This document shows, piece after piece, positions 17,670-27,186 of a stretch of DNA of 64,000 bases (positions within the stretch are counted from its first letter, which is position 1; each line of letters opens with the position of its first letter). Below the pieces are notes generated by a model. The model saw only the letters and a program-made list of their open reading frames with translations, was not told where the DNA came from and ran no database searches. The stretch covers positions 73,099 to 137,098 of the forward strand of contig CAKJYJ010000005.1 in the NCBI GenBank assembly GCA_918262735.1, read 5' to 3'. The stretch is from Clostridiales bacterium (lineage in GTDB: Bacteria > Bacillota > Clostridia > Christensenellales > UBA1242). The translations under genes were made by a program, and so were the position numbers.

Positions 17670-19201
17670 TACTTCCTATCAAGTGATCTATATTGTATTG
17701 CCTCGGCAATATGTTCTGGCAATATTTCCGCACTTCCAGCAAGGTCGGCGATTGTTCTTGCAACCTTTAATATTCTGTCATGTGCCCTGGCAGATAACTT
17801 CAATTTGTCAAAAGCGTTTTTAACAAGAGCCTCTGCATCGGCACTTAAATTACAGTACTTTTTTGTTTGAACAACATTCATTTTTGCATTTGAAAAAATC
17901 TTCGAATCCTTAAAACGCTCCACCTGAATTTGTCTTGCCTTATTAACCCTATTTTTAATGTTAACCGAACTTTCTTCTTCCCGCTTGCTTGTTAAATCAT
18001 CATAACTTACCGAATCAACTTCAACGTGAAGATCAATTCTATCCATTATTGGTCCGCTTAGTTTACTTAAATACTTATGTATTTGATTTTGCGTGCAGGT
18101 ACATTTTTGTGTTTTACTTCCATAATTGCCACAAGGGCATGGATTCATGCTTGCTATAAGGGTAAACGATGCCGGATATGTTATTGTTTGACTAGCTCTG
18201 GCAACGGTGATTTGACCATCTTCCAATGGTTGCCTTAACGTTTCAATAAATTGACGATTATATTCCGGCAATTCATCTAAAAATAAAACTCCATTGTGTG
18301 CAAGGCTTATTTCTCCAGGCTTGCTATTTTTTCCACCACCAGCAAGTGCAACCGTTGTTGCTGTGTGGTGTGGTGACCTAAATGGTCTGTTTGTTATTAT
18401 TCCACGCCTTTCATCAAGTTCACCAGCAATGCTGTGTATTTTTGTTACCTCTAACGCCTCTTCAAATGTCATTTCCGGCAAAATACCAGGAAAACATTTT
18501 GCAAGTAGTGTTTTACCACTTCCTGGTGGTCCAATCATTAGTATATTGTGCCCGCCCGCAGCAGCGATTTCAAGTGCACGTTTTGCACTTGCCTGCCCCT
18601 TAACGTTTTTCATGTCTATAACACCAGCAAGCTCTTCTTGCTGAATTTCATTAAAATTAGAGGTTTTAACTTTAACAATTGGGTTTTCTTCAGCATTAAC
18701 AAAGTGATTAACAATTTGAGTTAAACTTTTTACAACCCCAACACTAATTCCGTCAATAAAACTAGCCTCATTTGCATTTTCTTCTGGTATAATAAAATTC
18801 TTATAACCCTTAGCTCTAGCAGAAATTAAAATCGGTAATATTCCATTAACTTTTTTAACTTGCCCATCAAGCGATAGTTCTCCAATGAAAATAATATTTT
18901 TAACTTTGTTATAATTAATAGTTCCGTTTGCACAAAGAAGAGCAACAGCAATGGGAAGGTCGTAAAGTGGACCTTCTTTTTTCTTGTCAGCAGGTGCGAG
19001 GTTTATTGTTATGGCATCAATCGGATATTGATACCCTGAGTTCTTTATTGAAGCCTTAACCCTGTCTTTACTCTCTTTAACTGCTGTGTCGGCAAGGCCA
19101 ACGATATCAAATTTACTGAGTCCGCTTTGAATGTCCGCCTCAACAGTAACAGGGTACCCCTCAATTCCATTTAGACCATAACTTAAAACCTTTGCTAACA
19201 T
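17660..19201 (-). CDS. comM: YifB/ComM family Mg-chelatase-like AAA ATPase
   Basis: 513 aa. Lon-like N-terminal domain, Walker A GPPGSGKTLLAK, GVLFLDELPE, and a C-terminal ChlI-like region. Confidence 0.9.
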   Translation of the reverse strand: MLAKVLSYGLNGIEGYPVTVEADIQSGLSKFDIVGLADTAVKESKDRVKASIKNSGYQYPIDAITINLAPADKKKEGPLYDLPIAVALLCANGTINYNKVKNIIFIGELSLDGQVKKVNGILPILISARAKGYKNFIIPEENANEASFIDGISVGVVKSLTQIVNHFVNAEENPIVKVKTSNFNEIQQEELAGVIDMKNVKGQASAKRALEIAAAGGHNILMIGPPGSGKTLLAKCFPGILPEMTFEEALEVTKIHSIAGELDERRGIITNRPFRSPHHTATTVALAGGGKNSKPGEISLAHNGVLFLDELPEYNRQFIETLRQPLEDGQITVARASQTITYPASFTLIASMNPCPCGNYGSKTQKCTCTQNQIHKYLSKLSGPIMDRIDLHVEVDSVSYDDLTSKREEESSVNIKNRVNKARQIQVERFKDSKIFSNAKMNVVQTKKYCNLSADAEALVKNAFDKLKLSARAHDRILKVARTIADLAGSAEILPEHIAEAIQYRSLDRKYWL

Positions 19202-19330
19202 AAATTCTCCTTGTGCTAGTATACAATAAAAATGATAGAATGCAAAACGATTAAACTAAATATTAGTAATAAAAATATTTATATATGAGTTAAAGGTAGT
19301 TAAATATACCAACAGCCATGACACAAGTAA

Positions 19331-19361
19331 AATAAAAAATCCCAAAACGAATTTTGGGATT
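19331..19361 (-). terminator. intrinsic terminator after pnuC
   Basis: AATCCCAAAA-(4 nt)-TTTTGGGATT 10-bp stem followed by a T-run on the minus strand. Confidence 0.8.
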
Positions 19362-19366
19362 AATAA

Positions 19367-20194
19367 TTAAGCCGTTTCTGCTGATAATTGTTTATTATGT
19401 TCTGCTTGTATTGTTTCTTGTTGCTTATCTTTTATGTATTTTGTCCATTTAATATAGCCATAAGTGGTGTTAGTGAAGTATCCCGCCTTAAGCGAAAGAA
19501 GAATCCATTGACCAGCAATAATATTTATGGCTGTTTCCAATAAAGCTTCAATATACCAAGCAATCCACTGCTCTCTGAATCGAAACAGAATAAATAATCC
19601 ATTTGCAATTCCAACAACACTCGCACATGCATCAAGATAACACACGACATTTTCAAGCACAGGGTTATCCGCCAGAATGCCGTATTCAACATCTATTAGT
19701 GTTAATAAATATCCAACACCAATAGTCCAAACAATAATTCCAAGAATAACCAACACCTCTTGCCAACCCGTAAGTTTTCTAACAACTGTCAATTTGTCAT
19801 CATTGTTATCCTTGTGTCTGTTCCAGTTTATAAAACTAATTATATCAACCGGAATCCAGAAGAAAAGTGTTGTTGCCATGGTTGCAAACCTATATGCACA
19901 AACAATGCAAATTGCAATTTCGGTTACTTCAACCACCAATGAAACAATAAAATTCCACTTACTTTGTTTCGATATTAAAAGCTCACACAAAATGTTTGCA
20001 AGAATATCAACTAAATATAGGGTTAGAATTATCCATCCATTAACCCCGCCAACGTCTTCTTCAGGGAAAATGATGGCAAGCACAACCGCCAAAACAGCAA
20101 TGCTAATAAACCAAATTTTTTCATAAGTTGAAAAGTAATTCCACAAATTTTTAAGTTTAGTTAAAAAGGTTTTCTTTTCTATTGTTTCTTCCAT
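19367..20194 (-). CDS. pnuC: nicotinamide riboside transporter PnuC family
   Basis: 275 aa, about 7 TM helices. Pattern EKIWFISIA...ELLISKQSKWNF...FFWIPVDIISFINW typical of PnuC. Confidence 0.7.
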   Translation of the reverse strand: MEETIEKKTFLTKLKNLWNYFSTYEKIWFISIAVLAVVLAIIFPEEDVGGVNGWIILTLYLVDILANILCELLISKQSKWNFIVSLVVEVTEIAICIVCAYRFATMATTLFFWIPVDIISFINWNRHKDNNDDKLTVVRKLTGWQEVLVILGIIVWTIGVGYLLTLIDVEYGILADNPVLENVVCYLDACASVVGIANGLFILFRFREQWIAWYIEALLETAINIIAGQWILLSLKAGYFTNTTYGYIKWTKYIKDKQQETIQAEHNKQLSAETA

Positions 20195-20249
20195 AGTAAA
20201 TCCTCACAGAAGAAATAATACACCCAATTAAAGCTTAAAGCAAACAAAA

Positions 20250-20474
20250 TTAAAAAAAAGAAGATATATAATTTATTGCCGAAGTAACATAATCATATAA
20301 AAAAACATTGACTAAAATACCGCCTATTATTGTTCCAACCATAAACATAACCAGTCTGTCAATTTTGGTAAAACTACCAATCACCCATAGTCCACCCATA
20401 AGTAAAAAAACAATTAAAAACACAACCTTTACTATTAAATTGGAATTCTTATAAACCCCAAAAAACTTGGCCAT
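20250..20474 (-). CDS. small membrane protein, unknown function
   Basis: 2 predicted TM helices. Start set to ATG 20474 (MAKFF), which has GAGGG 8 nt upstream. The ORF track extends to 20504. Confidence 0.5.
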   Translation of the reverse strand: MAKFFGVYKNSNLIVKVVFLIVFLLMGGLWVIGSFTKIDRLVMFMVGTIIGGILVNVFLYDYVTSAINYISSFF

Positions 20475-20654
20475 AACAACAACCCTCAAAATGATTGTTG
20501 ACATAATAATAAAAAAATAATCAAATATTATTTTAATTAATTAAAAAAATAATTAAATTATTTAATTAAATTGTTTAATAATAATTATCAATCCCTTATT
20601 TTTCAAAGGAATAAATATTTTAATAATATATTTATTTAATTAATTATTTTATAA

Positions 20655-20948
20655 TTATTTATTATTATTTGGAGCATTTAATACATATGAATTATTATCA
20701 CTTTTATTGTCACTAATTGCCTCAACCAAGATGGTGTCAACCCCTATCTTTAATATCTGCCCAAACGGAATAAATGCTTGCTTGCTAGAGCCAAACAAAT
20801 TAAATCCGCTCTGTTTTATTGGAACAACTAGCCCTTTAATTTTCCCACTTGGAAGTTCAAAAACAATATCAACAATGTGTCCAAGTTTTTTCCCGTCGCA
20901 CACATTTATAACATCTTTACATCTTAGCTCTAAAAAAGAATTCTCCAT
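20655..20948 (-). CDS. YlmC/YmxH family (PRC-barrel) sporulation-associated protein
   Basis: 97 aa. LRCKDVINVCDGKKLGHIVDIVFELPSGKIKGLVVP matches the YlmC/YmxH pattern. Confidence 0.8.
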   Translation of the reverse strand: MENSFLELRCKDVINVCDGKKLGHIVDIVFELPSGKIKGLVVPIKQSGFNLFGSSKQAFIPFGQILKIGVDTILVEAISDNKSDNNSYVLNAPNNNK

Positions 20949-21009
20949 TTTAATTATATTATATGTTTGGGTATTAAAAAATGAGTACAGTTACATTTAT
21001 TTGTACTCA

Positions 21010-21561
21010 TCATTTTTTACTTTCTAAATAATCAATAACCCTTGGTGCACACATCTGAAACCAAGTGGCATATTTTTCTTTATGTTTATTGAGGTCTTTT
21101 TTTAGCCAAGAGATGTCAACCCATTTCATCTCCGCTATTTCCTCTTTATTAAACTTGAAATCATAATCTTCTATTTGACCAAGCAAAACATGATCGTACT
21201 CATGCTCGTAAAGATTATCATTATACTTTGAGAGATATACAAATTTGAACAGTTCTTCAAGTTTAATTTTTTCTTCTATCCCCAATTCAAAACGTAACCT
21301 ATCATAAACACTATCCATAAAATCTCTGTTTGCCCGCGGGTGACTACAACAAGAGTTTGCCCAAAGACCACCAGAGTGATATTTTTCCACGGCCCTTTTT
21401 TGAATTAACATATTGTTATTATTTACCAAAAAAACTGAAAACGCCCTGTGGAGAAATGGTTTTAAGTGCGCCTCCATTTTATCCATTGTTCCAATTTGGT
21501 TATCATTTTCATCAACTAAAATTACATCTTCCATACCATTTATCTTAATTATTTTTGACAT
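21010..21561 (-). CDS. idi: isopentenyl-diphosphate delta-isomerase, type 1 (Nudix)
   Basis: HLKPFLHRAFSVFLVN...QKRAVEKYHSGGLWANSCCSHP...YEHEYDHV. Start ambiguous (21570 TTG, 21561 ATG or 21534 ATG); no clear SD for any of them. Confidence 0.8.
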   Translation of the reverse strand: MSKIIKINGMEDVILVDENDNQIGTMDKMEAHLKPFLHRAFSVFLVNNNNMLIQKRAVEKYHSGGLWANSCCSHPRANRDFMDSVYDRLRFELGIEEKIKLEELFKFVYLSKYNDNLYEHEYDHVLLGQIEDYDFKFNKEEIAEMKWVDISWLKKDLNKHKEKYATWFQMCAPRVIDYLESKK

Positions 21562-21640
21562 GATTGTCAAATAAGATATTACATTTGTTTTAACAATTAT
21601 TCATTTCATATCTTCCACAAACAAATCAAAAAAACAGCAT

Positions 21641-21675
21641 AAAAAAACTTAATCGATTTTCGGTTAAGTTTTTTT
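21641..21675. terminator. intrinsic terminator after rplT
   Basis: ACTTAATCG / CGGTTAAGT 9-bp stem flanked by an A-run and a T-run. Confidence 0.75.
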
Positions 21676-21688
21676 AATTCAATTAAAC

Positions 21689-22036
21689 TTATGCATTTTT
21701 TGCTGTTTCAACAAGTTTTGCAAAACCTTCAGCATCATTAACAGCCATATCTGCAAGAACTTTTCTATTAAGAGTTATGTTTGCTTTCTTTAAGCCAAAC
21801 ATAAATTTGCTGTATGAAATATCATTAATTCTGCATGCAGCATTGATTCTTTGAATCCAAAGAGATCTAAAATTTCTCTTTTTGAGTCTTCTGCCGATAT
21901 ATGCATATTGTCCGCTTTTCATAACGGCTTCACGAGCAACTCTATATAATTTTGATTTTGCTCCTCTATAACCTTTTGCTTGTTTTAATATTGCTCTTCT
22001 TTTTTTGAGAGCATTTACAGATCTTTTAATTCTCAT
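21689..22036 (-). CDS. rplT: 50S ribosomal protein L20
   Basis: [26 protein letters not shown]... canonical L20 sequence. Confidence 0.97.
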   Translation of the reverse strand: MRIKRSVNALKKRRAILKQAKGYRGAKSKLYRVAREAVMKSGQYAYIGRRLKKRNFRSLWIQRINAACRINDISYSKFMFGLKKANITLNRKVLADMAVNDAEGFAKLVETAKNA

Positions 22037-22056
22037 TTTCTTTCCTCTCCTTTACC

Positions 22057-22251
22057 TTACGCATTTATCATTCTTTTAATATTTTTGGCTTGAGTTTTAG
22101 AAAGAACGCCACCTCTTCTTAATTTTCTCTTTCTAGATTGGCTTTTTTCTGTTAAGAAATGCCCTCTGTCTGTTCTGGCAAACATAACTTTACCAGATTT
22201 TGTTACTTTGAATCTTTTTTTAGCACCGCTATGTGTTTTTTGTTTTGGCAT
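22057..22251 (-). CDS. rpmI: 50S ribosomal protein L35
   Basis: MPKQKTHSGAKKRFKVTKSGKV. Start at ATG 22251; the ORF-track start at 22272 adds 7 non-conserved residues. Confidence 0.95.
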   Translation of the reverse strand: MPKQKTHSGAKKRFKVTKSGKVMFARTDRGHFLTEKSQSRKRKLRRGGVLSKTQAKNIKRMINA

Positions 22252-22318
22252 AATAATCCTATCTCCTTTCATTTTGTATCTATTTCATTGTTTTTTGTGG
22301 GGTCAACTCCCCAATATG

Positions 22319-22828
22319 TTATTTCTTAGGTGAAACAATCACAATTACGTTTCTTCCAACAACCTCTGGCTCTTTGTCTGGAGCACCCTTTTCAGCAACC
22401 AATTCACAAAAATTTTTAACAACTTCTTTTGCTCTATCAGAATACGCCTGTTGCCTACCACTCATTCTTAAACTAACCTTAAGTTTGTTCCCCGCAGACA
22501 AAAATTCAAAGCCTCGTTTTGCTTTAATTTCCAGGTCTCGCCTATCAATTGTCATTGAAAGCTGAATTTCTTTAACCTCGGTTACCTTTTGGTTCTTTTT
22601 TAATTCCTTTTCTTTTTTGATTGCGTCAAACTTATATTTTCCGTAATCCAACATTTTACAAACCGCAACTCCGCCACCAGCAGACATCATAACAAGGTCT
22701 AGCCCTTCTTTTTCTGCTTCTGCCAAAGCCGCTTCTTTTGAAATGATGCCAAGTTGTTCGCCGTTTGCTCCAATTAACCTAACCTCTTTGGCTGTGATTT
22801 GCTCATTAATTAAAAGTTCCTTAAAAAT
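22319..22828 (-). CDS. infC: translation initiation factor IF-3 (non-ATG ATT start)
   Basis: (I)FKELLINEQITAKEVRLIGANGEQLGI... aligns with IF-3 N-termini. AAGGGGGA RBS 7 nt upstream of ATT 22828, giving the expected ~170 aa. The ORF-track start at 22903 lies in the leader. Confidence 0.88.
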   Translation of the reverse strand: MFKELLINEQITAKEVRLIGANGEQLGIISKEAALAEAEKEGLDLVMMSAGGGVAVCKMLDYGKYKFDAIKKEKELKKNQKVTEVKEIQLSMTIDRRDLEIKAKRGFEFLSAGNKLKVSLRMSGRQQAYSDRAKEVVKNFCELVAEKGAPDKEPEVVGRNVIVIVSPKK

Positions 22829-22990
22829 GATTGTATCCCCCTTTAATATTTGCACCCACTCAAAAAATGAAATGAGTGGATTTACATAGAAAAATCCACC
22901 CATTCCATCAAAAAAAATGAAAAGAACAAAACTCCGCAGTCAAACTGTTTTTCGACTGGTGAGAAGTGGAAACTTCTACTCGATAACGCA
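22829..22990 (-). promoter_or_regulatory. infC-rpmI-rplT leader, candidate L20-responsive leader
   Basis: ~160-nt 5' UTR with hairpins AGAAGT-TTCC-ACTTCT, CAGTC...GACTG and GTGGATTT...AAATCCAC followed by a T-rich tract. Firmicute infC operons carry an L20 leader. Not verified by a covariance model. Confidence 0.4.
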
Positions 22991-22993
22991 CAT

Positions 22994-23022
22994 ATTATAT
23001 CAAACGCTTCCACCATTGTCAA
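22994..23022 (-). promoter_or_regulatory. consensus sigma-A promoter of the infC operon
   Basis: Minus strand: TTGACA (23022-23017), 17 nt spacer, TATAAT (22999-22994). Confidence 0.75.
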
Positions 23023-23136
23023 CATATTTTTTAATTTTGTGAATAATTTGAATGTTTTTTAACAATTGCTCAAACCCACTAGAAAACAAAAAGCAAGGGT
23101 TGTCCTTGCCTTTTGAAAAATATTTGTAAAATAAGA

Positions 23137-24897
23137 CTATTTTTTCTCTTCGATTTCTTTTTTCAGCCTTGCAATAAAGTCTTCTAGACTAATGTCCGCA
23201 ATGTTTTCATTACCCCTACCACGAACCGAAATTGTTCCTTTTTCTTTTTCGCCGTCACCAACAATAATCATGTATGGAATTTTGCTTGTTACTGCCTCAC
23301 GAATTTTGTAACCAATTTTTTCGTTTCTTAAGTCAACAAAACTTCTAAAACCATTTACTAATAACTTGTTATTAATTTCTTTTGCATATTCTGCACTTGA
23401 ATCAGATATGTTGAGAACTTTAATCTGTTCGGCAGAAAGCCATAATGGAAGTGCTCCTGCATATTTTTCAAGAAGATATGCAAGTGTTCTTTCATAACAA
23501 CCAAGTGATGTTCTATGAATAATATATGGTAATTTCTTCTCACCATTTTCGTCGGTATAGAACATTCCAAAACGTTCTGCAATTTGGAAGTCTATTTGAA
23601 TTGTTATTATTGTGTCCTCTTTACCATGAACATTTTTTATTTGAATGTCAAGTTTAGGGCCATAGAATGCAGCCTCACCGTCTGCTTCAAAGTAGTTAAT
23701 TCCAAGGTCGTTTAATATTCTTCTCATTTCGCCCTGAACTCTTTCCCACTCTTCTTTGCTACCAATATATTTTTCTTTATTATTTTCGTCCCACTTTGAA
23801 AATCTAAAAGAAACATCCTCATATAATCCAACAGTTTTAAGCATAAATGTTGCAAGGTCTAAACAGCCCTTAAACTCATCTTCTAATTGGTCTGGCCTTA
23901 CCATAAGGTGCCCTTCAGAAATAGTGAATTGTCTAACTCTAATAAGCCCATGACACTCTCCACTTGCCTCATTTCTGAACAATGTTGACGTTTCTGCCAA
24001 CCTCATTGGTAAATCTCTATATGAACGAAGCTTGTTTAAGTATACTTGATACTGAAATGGACAAGTCATTGGTCTAAGGCAAAATACTTCTTTATCTTTT
24101 TCTTCGTCACCAAGAATAAACATAGAATCTTTATAATGATCCCAGTGTCCAGAAATCTTAAATAAATCATTTTTGCTCATAAATGGAGTTTTGGTTAATA
24201 AATAACCCCTCTTTTCTTCCTCGTCCTCAACAAATCTTTGCATAATCTGAATTGTTTTTGCACCTTTTGGAAGCATAATTGGAAGCCCTTGTCCAATGTA
24301 GTCAACGGTTGTAAAGTATTCAAGTTCTCGACCAATTTTATTGTGATCTCTTTTCTTAGCTTCTTCAATTTGTGCAACATAATCAGCTAATTGTTTTTTG
24401 TCTGCAAAAGCATAAACATATATTCTTTGAAGCATTTTATTATGCTCGTCACCCTTCCAATATGCACCACTAACACGGCTGATTTTGTAGGCATACGATT
24501 GTAGCTTTGACGTGTTTTCAACATGAGGCCCACGACAGAGGTCAACAAAATCATCACCAAGATAATAAACAGAAATAGTTTCGCCTTCTGGAAGGTCGTT
24601 AATTAGTTCTTTTTTATATGGTTCATCTTTGAACATTTCTAATGCCTTTGCCCTTGAAACTTCTTCCCTTCTAAATTCCTGATTGCTATTGATGATATTT
24701 CTCATCTCTTTTTCAATTTTATCAAAAACATCTGGGGTTATGCTTGGCATGTCAAAATCATAATAAAACCCATTGTCTATTGCTGGACCAATAGCCAACT
24801 TAACATCATTGCCAAAAATATTTTTAACGGCCTTTGCAAGCACGTGAGATAATGAGTGCCTGCTCATTTGTAATTTTTCTAATTTTTCATCTTCCAT
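23137..24897 (-). CDS. thrS: threonine--tRNA ligase (lacks N-terminal TGS domain)
   Basis: 586 aa from ATG 24897 (AAGGAG 6 nt upstream). RHSLSHVLAKAV...AIGPAIDNGFYYDFD and CRGPHV (editing domain), class II catalytic core, and an anticodon-binding domain. Confidence 0.93.
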   Translation of the reverse strand: MEDEKLEKLQMSRHSLSHVLAKAVKNIFGNDVKLAIGPAIDNGFYYDFDMPSITPDVFDKIEKEMRNIINSNQEFRREEVSRAKALEMFKDEPYKKELINDLPEGETISVYYLGDDFVDLCRGPHVENTSKLQSYAYKISRVSGAYWKGDEHNKMLQRIYVYAFADKKQLADYVAQIEEAKKRDHNKIGRELEYFTTVDYIGQGLPIMLPKGAKTIQIMQRFVEDEEEKRGYLLTKTPFMSKNDLFKISGHWDHYKDSMFILGDEEKDKEVFCLRPMTCPFQYQVYLNKLRSYRDLPMRLAETSTLFRNEASGECHGLIRVRQFTISEGHLMVRPDQLEDEFKGCLDLATFMLKTVGLYEDVSFRFSKWDENNKEKYIGSKEEWERVQGEMRRILNDLGINYFEADGEAAFYGPKLDIQIKNVHGKEDTIITIQIDFQIAERFGMFYTDENGEKKLPYIIHRTSLGCYERTLAYLLEKYAGALPLWLSAEQIKVLNISDSSAEYAKEINNKLLVNGFRSFVDLRNEKIGYKIREAVTSKIPYMIIVGDGEKEKGTISVRGRGNENIADISLEDFIARLKKEIEEKK

Positions 24898-24949
24898 ATT
24901 TTTCTCCTTTTCCTTTAATTCTAATGCACGCAAACACAAACATTAGTCA

Positions 24950-25185
24950 AATGCAAAAAACGCCCTTTGCACTAATGCAAAGGACGATTAAAATAACCGT
25001 GGTTCCACCTTTATTACCAAATTTTTTTGGTCACTTATTTAAACCAGTATCGAACTGGCGGTCGCTAAATTAAAAAGTGGTTTCATTATCCAATAGATGT
25101 TTGTTGCTTCCAGCCTAAGGCAACTTCTCTGGTAACACCAGCATGGTAACTACTTGTCTTTTTATCACATTTAGATTAAAGATGC
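24950..25185 (-). promoter_or_regulatory. T-box riboswitch leader (Thr, ACC specifier) with terminator
   Basis: Stem I elements (CCAGAGAAG AG-bulge-like, GGCTGGAAGC distal loop-like). GAA-ACC-A specifier candidate (ACC = 25081-25079). T-box sequence AAAGGTGGAACCACGG. Terminator CGTCCTTTGCA-TTAG-TGCAAAGGGCG followed by TTTTTT (24955-24986). Confidence 0.8.
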
Positions 25186-25189
25186 CCAT

Positions 25190-25218
25190 ATTATATTAAA
25201 TATTTTTAGCAATGTCAA
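25190..25218 (-). promoter_or_regulatory. consensus sigma-A promoter of thrS
   Basis: Minus strand: TTGACA (25218-25213), 17 nt spacer, TATAAT (25195-25190). Confidence 0.75.
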
Positions 25219-25232
25219 CACTTTTTTATTTT

Positions 25233-26003
25233 TTACAAGCTTGAAATCCCATCTACATTCAAAAAATTAATTCTTTTATCAAAAATTTGCTTTAACAAAT
25301 GAACAAGGTTGTTGTTAAAACTGTCCGCACAATAAATATTCACATTTCTTGGAGCAAGTGCAATCAGACTAGATATTATTGTGCTGTCTATATCTTTTTC
25401 TGAAATATCATTCTGCCCAAGAAGATTAAAATTGGTGTCGTAGAAAAGTAGTTTATTATCCTTCTGCATTAAATTAACCGCCTCGCATTTAAGCTCCAAA
25501 TTATCAACCAAAAATTTAAGGAGTTCAACCAACGTGTCGTTTGATGAAAGATAAGCTTTGTTGTCATTGGCAATTTTAACAAGTTCTTTCCATTTTTCGC
25601 GAAGACTGGCAAGTTTAAAAAAATAAAAAGCCTCAACATCTATGGATTTTTCTAAATCTAATTGTTCTTCAATTATGTATCTATCCGACTCCTTATCAAA
25701 ACTAAGTAGTGCCTGCAAAAACGCATTCTTACTGACCGTGTCTAAATTTGGAAGTGTTAAGTTCTCTTTTAGGTAATTCAACTTAAAGTCAACACATATT
25801 ATTTCGCTTATTAATTGCCCAATATAGTGCTTAATTCGCATTTCATCGCATTTTTCACATGAAACTAAAATAGAAATACTATCGCACCTTTCATATGTTG
25901 TAACAATACCATTAAAATCCTTACAAAAGTCTTTTAATGCTAAATATATCTTTTTTGAAGCGGAAATATTTTTGTCCGATAAATTAATGCAAAACTCCCA
26001 CAT
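25233..26003 (-). CDS. YtxC-like protein (putative sporulation protein)
   Basis: 256 aa. Its position immediately upstream of thrS matches ytxC-thrS synteny in Bacillus and Clostridia. The sequence-level assignment is weak. Confidence 0.45.
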   Translation of the reverse strand: MWEFCINLSDKNISASKKIYLALKDFCKDFNGIVTTYERCDSISILVSCEKCDEMRIKHYIGQLISEIICVDFKLNYLKENLTLPNLDTVSKNAFLQALLSFDKESDRYIIEEQLDLEKSIDVEAFYFFKLASLREKWKELVKIANDNKAYLSSNDTLVELLKFLVDNLELKCEAVNLMQKDNKLLFYDTNFNLLGQNDISEKDIDSTIISSLIALAPRNVNIYCADSFNNNLVHLLKQIFDKRINFLNVDGISSL

Positions 26004-26153
26004 AAAATCTCCTCGGTATGTATTTTATGCAAGAAAAATAAAAATATAAATTTTTAATTTATGATTTTTTGTTACAATTTATTTGACTTTTTTTAGAAAA
26101 ATATATAATACTATTACTATAAAAATATAGCAATTTTACCTTTGGGAGTTTAT

Positions 26154-26960
26154 ATGAAAAACAAGTTTTTATCAATAATGGTTGCTACCCTGCTTTTCTT
26201 TTTTAGTTTTGCACTTTGTGCCTGCGGAGAAACATATCAAAAGTATGATGTTTCTGCATATGTTTTTGGGGCAAGATACGGAGATGTTGTTGGTGGAAAT
26301 GACACATATTTAGAAGGAACGCGTGTAACAATTAAAGCCATTCCCAAAAACACACTTTCACAAACACCAAACAAATTTATTTGTTGGGTTCATGATGACA
26401 AGGTTGTTTCAACCGAGGCAGAATATTCATTTATTGTTAACCTAAAAAATGCTGGGATATACATCGCATTATTTGAATGCCCTGACCTTGAATATGTTTC
26501 ACTTGGCAGTATTGATTTTGACTATGGAACAAATGATTATAGTGGTGACACATCACTAACTGAATTCACATTAAAACTTGGATACAACGAACGAGAAACA
26601 AGCATTGTTTATTCTTTAGATGAAGATACAATTGGAAAACTATCACAACCAATTCAAAAAGAAGACATATACGAAGCCGATGACTTGCCATTTGCTTTTG
26701 ACAAAACGGAAGATTTGTATGCAGTTGTTGAACTAACCTACACAAGAGGTGACCTTATTTACACATCAACAACAACAATTAAAATTAATGCAATAGAAGT
26801 TGGCACAGATATGGCAAAGGTTGAAAATAAAGAATTAAATGCTCCATCATTAAGCGGTGGAATGTCTTATCTTGAATTCACCGAAAATCCTTCAATCTCC
26901 TTCTCTTTTGAAAAGTTAACAAACCTAATAGTTCAAGAATCTGAAGAAGATGAAGAATAA
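26154..26960 (+). CDS. lipoprotein with a divergent InlB B-repeat-like (Listeria-Bacteroides repeat-like) domain
   Basis: Start at ATG 26154 (GGGAG 5 nt upstream). Signal peptide plus lipobox FALCA|C. Segment GTRVTIKAIPKN...FICWVHDDKVVSTEAEYSFIV...YIALFE resembles B-repeat domains. Acidic C-terminal tail. Confidence 0.6.
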   Translation: MKNKFLSIMVATLLFFFSFALCACGETYQKYDVSAYVFGARYGDVVGGNDTYLEGTRVTIKAIPKNTLSQTPNKFICWVHDDKVVSTEAEYSFIVNLKNAGIYIALFECPDLEYVSLGSIDFDYGTNDYSGDTSLTEFTLKLGYNERETSIVYSLDEDTIGKLSQPIQKEDIYEADDLPFAFDKTEDLYAVVELTYTRGDLIYTSTTTIKINAIEVGTDMAKVENKELNAPSLSGGMSYLEFTENPSISFSFEKLTNLIVQESEEDEE

Positions 26961-27142
26961 AAATATCATTTAATGCGTTTTTTATGGGTTTTATTTCCAA
27001 TTTTATTGCAATTTATTTTATTTTTTGATTTTCGCACAAATAATTTTATGTTAAAAATCCAACTGCGTTTTGACGGATATATGAGCGTCCATTCATATTT
27101 TAACAGCATGTAAGCAATAAATTAAGTTTCAACATTTAGCAT

Positions 27143-27178
27143 AAAAAAACCAGGCACGAATTTGTGCTTGGTTTTTTT
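27143..27178. terminator. bidirectional intrinsic terminator (lipoprotein gene / clpX)
   Basis: AAAAAAA-ACCAGGCAC-gaattt-GTGCTTGGT-TTTTTTT. Confidence 0.85.
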
Positions 27179-27186
27179 ATTGTTTA

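Noticed and set aside
20505-20654. 150-nt, ~90% A+T spacer full of TTAATTAA-type palindromes, considered as a replication origin/DUE or nucleoid-protein site
   Set aside because: No DnaA-box-like TTATCCACA motifs and no dnaA/dnaN context. The low-complexity AT palindromes are expected by chance at this composition. Most simply this is a terminator-less spacer plus promoter/UP region for the 74-aa membrane protein gene.
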